Below are positions 60,986 to 64,000 of a stretch of 64,000 nucleotides of DNA, one piece after another. The first letter of the stretch is position 1, and every line of letters begins with the position of its first letter. This DNA is from Eledone cirrhosa (Eukaryota): NCBI GenBank assembly GCA_964016885.1, contig OZ024742.1:205964001-206028000 (forward strand), written 5' to 3'. The translations under genes and the position numbers were made by a program. The notes below the pieces were generated by a model that was not told the origin of the DNA, ran no database searches, and saw nothing but the letters and a program-made list of their open reading frames with translations.

Positions 60986-61788
60986 TATATACATATATGA
61001 TTCTTTAATTCTTTATGCTAAATAGAATGTTAGAAATTATTTTGACAATTTGTAAGAAATAATCTATAAATATGACTGGGAGATTTCAATAGTATTTCTA
61101 GAGAAGTAAAAAGATATAGCTTTTATTTGACATGATCTGTAAAAGTTAGAAGAGTTGCAGTTAGCAAAGTCAATAATATGCTGATCTACTATTCAGAGGA
61201 CTTCTAATATGTATCTTGTCACTACTTCTCTTGTTTTTCTAGTAAAAACACTTAACTCATAATGATCTAATCCACTAGTTGTAAATAGTTATCCTGAAGA
61301 AATACAGTTTACTGTATAAACAACTGTGAAATAAAATTGTCCTGTTAATTTGAAACCATTCCACAGTGTTTCCAATCACTGTATAAAGAATATCATAAAC
61401 AGGGCCATACTGGTTCATATGAATTTTGGATGTCAGATTTTGTACAGTTATTGTTGTTGGATCTCTGTCATTTCTGATGATGAAAGGTGCAGTTGACTTA
61501 CTGAATTGCCTGCTTATGAAATTAATGCATAAGTGGCTGAGTATTTCACAGACATGTGCACCCTTAATGTAATTCTCAGGGTAGATGCATCATAACAATA
61601 CAGGTCCCTTCATTCATTTATGCCAGCAGAGTGAACTTGAACAATATAAAATAAGTGTCATGCTCAAGGACACATTCTGTAACCCGATCCAGGAATCAAA
61701 CACATGACTTTATGATTACGAGCCAAACACACTAACCGCATGACTTCACATAGTAATTGTCAGTTAATTTTCTAAGATAGTTGTTATA

Positions 61789-61996
61789 CAGAGTGTCCCT
61801 AAAGTCTGGGGTTCTTCTGGGCTGACATGCATTAAAAACATCTGCTATCTTCTGACCATCCTTAATATCCAGTGAGAAGTACCAGTTCAATCCTTTCTTC
61901 TTTCGACAAACTCATATTTAATCTGTGGGGTAAAAAAATTATAGTTAGTTATAACTAGTGATATTTCCTATATATCCAGACTTTTGTGACACCCTG
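61789..61996. mobile_element. Tc1/mariner-type MITE
   Basis: TA-CAGAGTGTCCCTAAAGTCTGG at the left and CCAGACTTTTGTGACACCCTG-TA at the right. Confidence 0.8.
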
Positions 61997-63583
61997 TACT
62001 TTTAATTTTATCAAATACAGTCATAATAATTGAGTGGGCACCATGGTTGACTATTGAATATTAGCAAGAAACATTAGTCTGTTCACTTCAGTTAGCTTTA
62101 ACTGAAAACAGAAGCCCTTTTCACTTTCTGGTGAAGAAATAAATAGCCAAAATCCTACACTGCTGATACACTACAATCTGTTGCCTTTTTTTTTATTTCT
62201 CTTTCCAGCTTCACAACCAAAGCAAAATATCCAGAGATATAAATAAACTACATCAAATCATTTTCCAATATGTTTTTCATTCCAATTATGGTTGTGGTTA
62301 TTAGATTGGCCAGTTCTGATTGGATTTTTTTATTTATATATTACTGCAATAACTACATCATGTAACTGTTTCATTTCTACATCTCATGTAGGTGGGTGTG
62401 TGCATCAACAGGGTTTGAAACAACCACTTCATTGTTGGGAGGACACAATGACACTGAGTCAACTTCCTAAATATCTGTTATTAATAAAATGTTGTTTGTT
62501 GTTTGTACTGACAGCAAGAGTGTTATCATGATCTTCACCACCCCAAGTGGAATACCCACACCCACACATACATATGTATGAAGGTAGGGGAGAATTACTC
62601 TATCTAGTATTGTTCAACAATCAGATTGTCAATAATAGGTAATAATGAGAATTCCTAGTAATTAAATTGAAGCCGTGCTATTGATTTAGTCTAAAATAGA
62701 TTTATATAATTCAATATCTACTCAAATATTTGAAAATAGTGCTATTTATTATATGATGTTGATTTTATTAACACTGAATTTCTAATTCACACAGTTTGGC
62801 TATCATTAGTAATATTTCGCTATTAAACATGATGAATGCCATGGTGATACAATAAATGTTCAGTTAATTTTGTGAAACCACTAATTTTAATTTATTGCTT
62901 AGAACATTAAAACACTTACATTGTTAACACCATTGTAAAAAGCATGAATATCAAAAGATCCCATTCCACTTTGTAAAATACTGAGGATTCTATACCTCTC
63001 ATACCTATGTGGGCAAATACTGTTAATATATAGAAGAGGCAAGTAAGATATTGTAAAACTAAAGAAATTTTAGAAGTTTAGAAAAAGTGTGAAGAGGACA
63101 ACTTCTTTAAATATTACACTATCAGTATTGTTGAAGAAATTATATTTAGATTTTACTGAGCTATGATTAACATGGTGTTTCTGGTAGTAATTGTGAGAAT
63201 AGTGCCATAAACAGATTTCACTGAATGAAAGATTAAAATTAAAGTAAATCCAAGAGTTTAATGATAGGGGTTCACATATATAAAATTTCCCAATAAAATT
63301 TAAGAAACTATTTATATTATATTATAATAATTCCAATTTAAACTCTTTATATTTAATTTTTAGCATTTCTTAATGAAATGACCCTTTCATTCTCTGAAGG
63401 TATATTCAAAATATTATACCTAACCAGCTTATTATTAGGAAAAGGCAATGAATTGGCAGACTCATTAGAATGTCAGATAGAATGCTTTGTGGTATTCATT
63501 CCGGCTCTCAAAGTTCAAATCCAACCAATTGACAGTCAATTACTGGAGTCAATTCTTCCTCTATGTCTCTTTTTCACTTCCTT

Positions 63584-63616
<33 letters not shown>

Positions 63617-64000
63617 CATCATCATCATCATCATCATCGTTTAACATCTATCTTCCACGCTAGCATGGGTTTAGACGGGAATTGTCCCACTTGAGGTAAG
63701 ATTGGTCGTCTCACTCGTATAGGACTGTCTGGCAGGTTTTCTACGGCTGGATGCCCTTCCTAACACCAACCACGTTTACAGTGTGGACTGGAAGGTTTTT
63801 ACTGTGTTACCTACATGTCCACATTACAGCGTGGACTGTGTGTTTTTTTGGTCGTGACACCTACACGACCTCATTTATTTAGGACTGGATGTTGTGGTAT
63901 CAACATAACTTTACAGAGAAAGGGGTGGTGTTGATGGGGGTGGGGTGGGGGGAGTTGGGGGTAGTGGGAGGGGTGTGTATATTTGATTAAGAGGTGCCTA
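63617..64000 (-). mobile_element. RTE LINE 3' tail (runs off the window)
   Basis: Reverse complement of about 46700-47050; (CAT)n next to (TA)n. Confidence 0.85.

Overview
AT-rich eukaryotic (animal) repeat-dense DNA with no intact host gene that I can support. The SINE/LINE repertoire suggests a mollusc, probably an octopod cephalopod (inference from remembered repeat motifs, not a database match). The window is a graveyard of mobile elements: two Helitrons, a hAT/Charlie (Buster-type) transposon with 8-bp TSDs, a Ty3/gypsy LTR element, CRE-, R4/Dong- and RTE-clade LINE fragments, tRNA-derived SINEs, several MITEs and at least two or three Penelope-like elements (PLEs). The main discovery is a cluster of about 14 type I hammerhead ribozyme (HHR) motifs between 30.8 and 60.3 kb. 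They lie in PLE 3' ends and in three small non-coding, retrozyme-like elements (483-nt unit, 312-nt unit, and an older relative of the 312-nt family). Each small element is inserted in (TA)n microsatellite as a head-to-head composite (two with a tandem, permuted arm) whose two 3' ends point outward into the (TA)n tract. The palindromic protein-coding PLE at 53-58 kb has the same geometry. Most of these HHRs share a U.U pair at the base of stem II, which links the 312-nt family to the PLEs that probably mobilise it. An orphan IAP-type RING-finger fragment also occurs at 45.3 kb.
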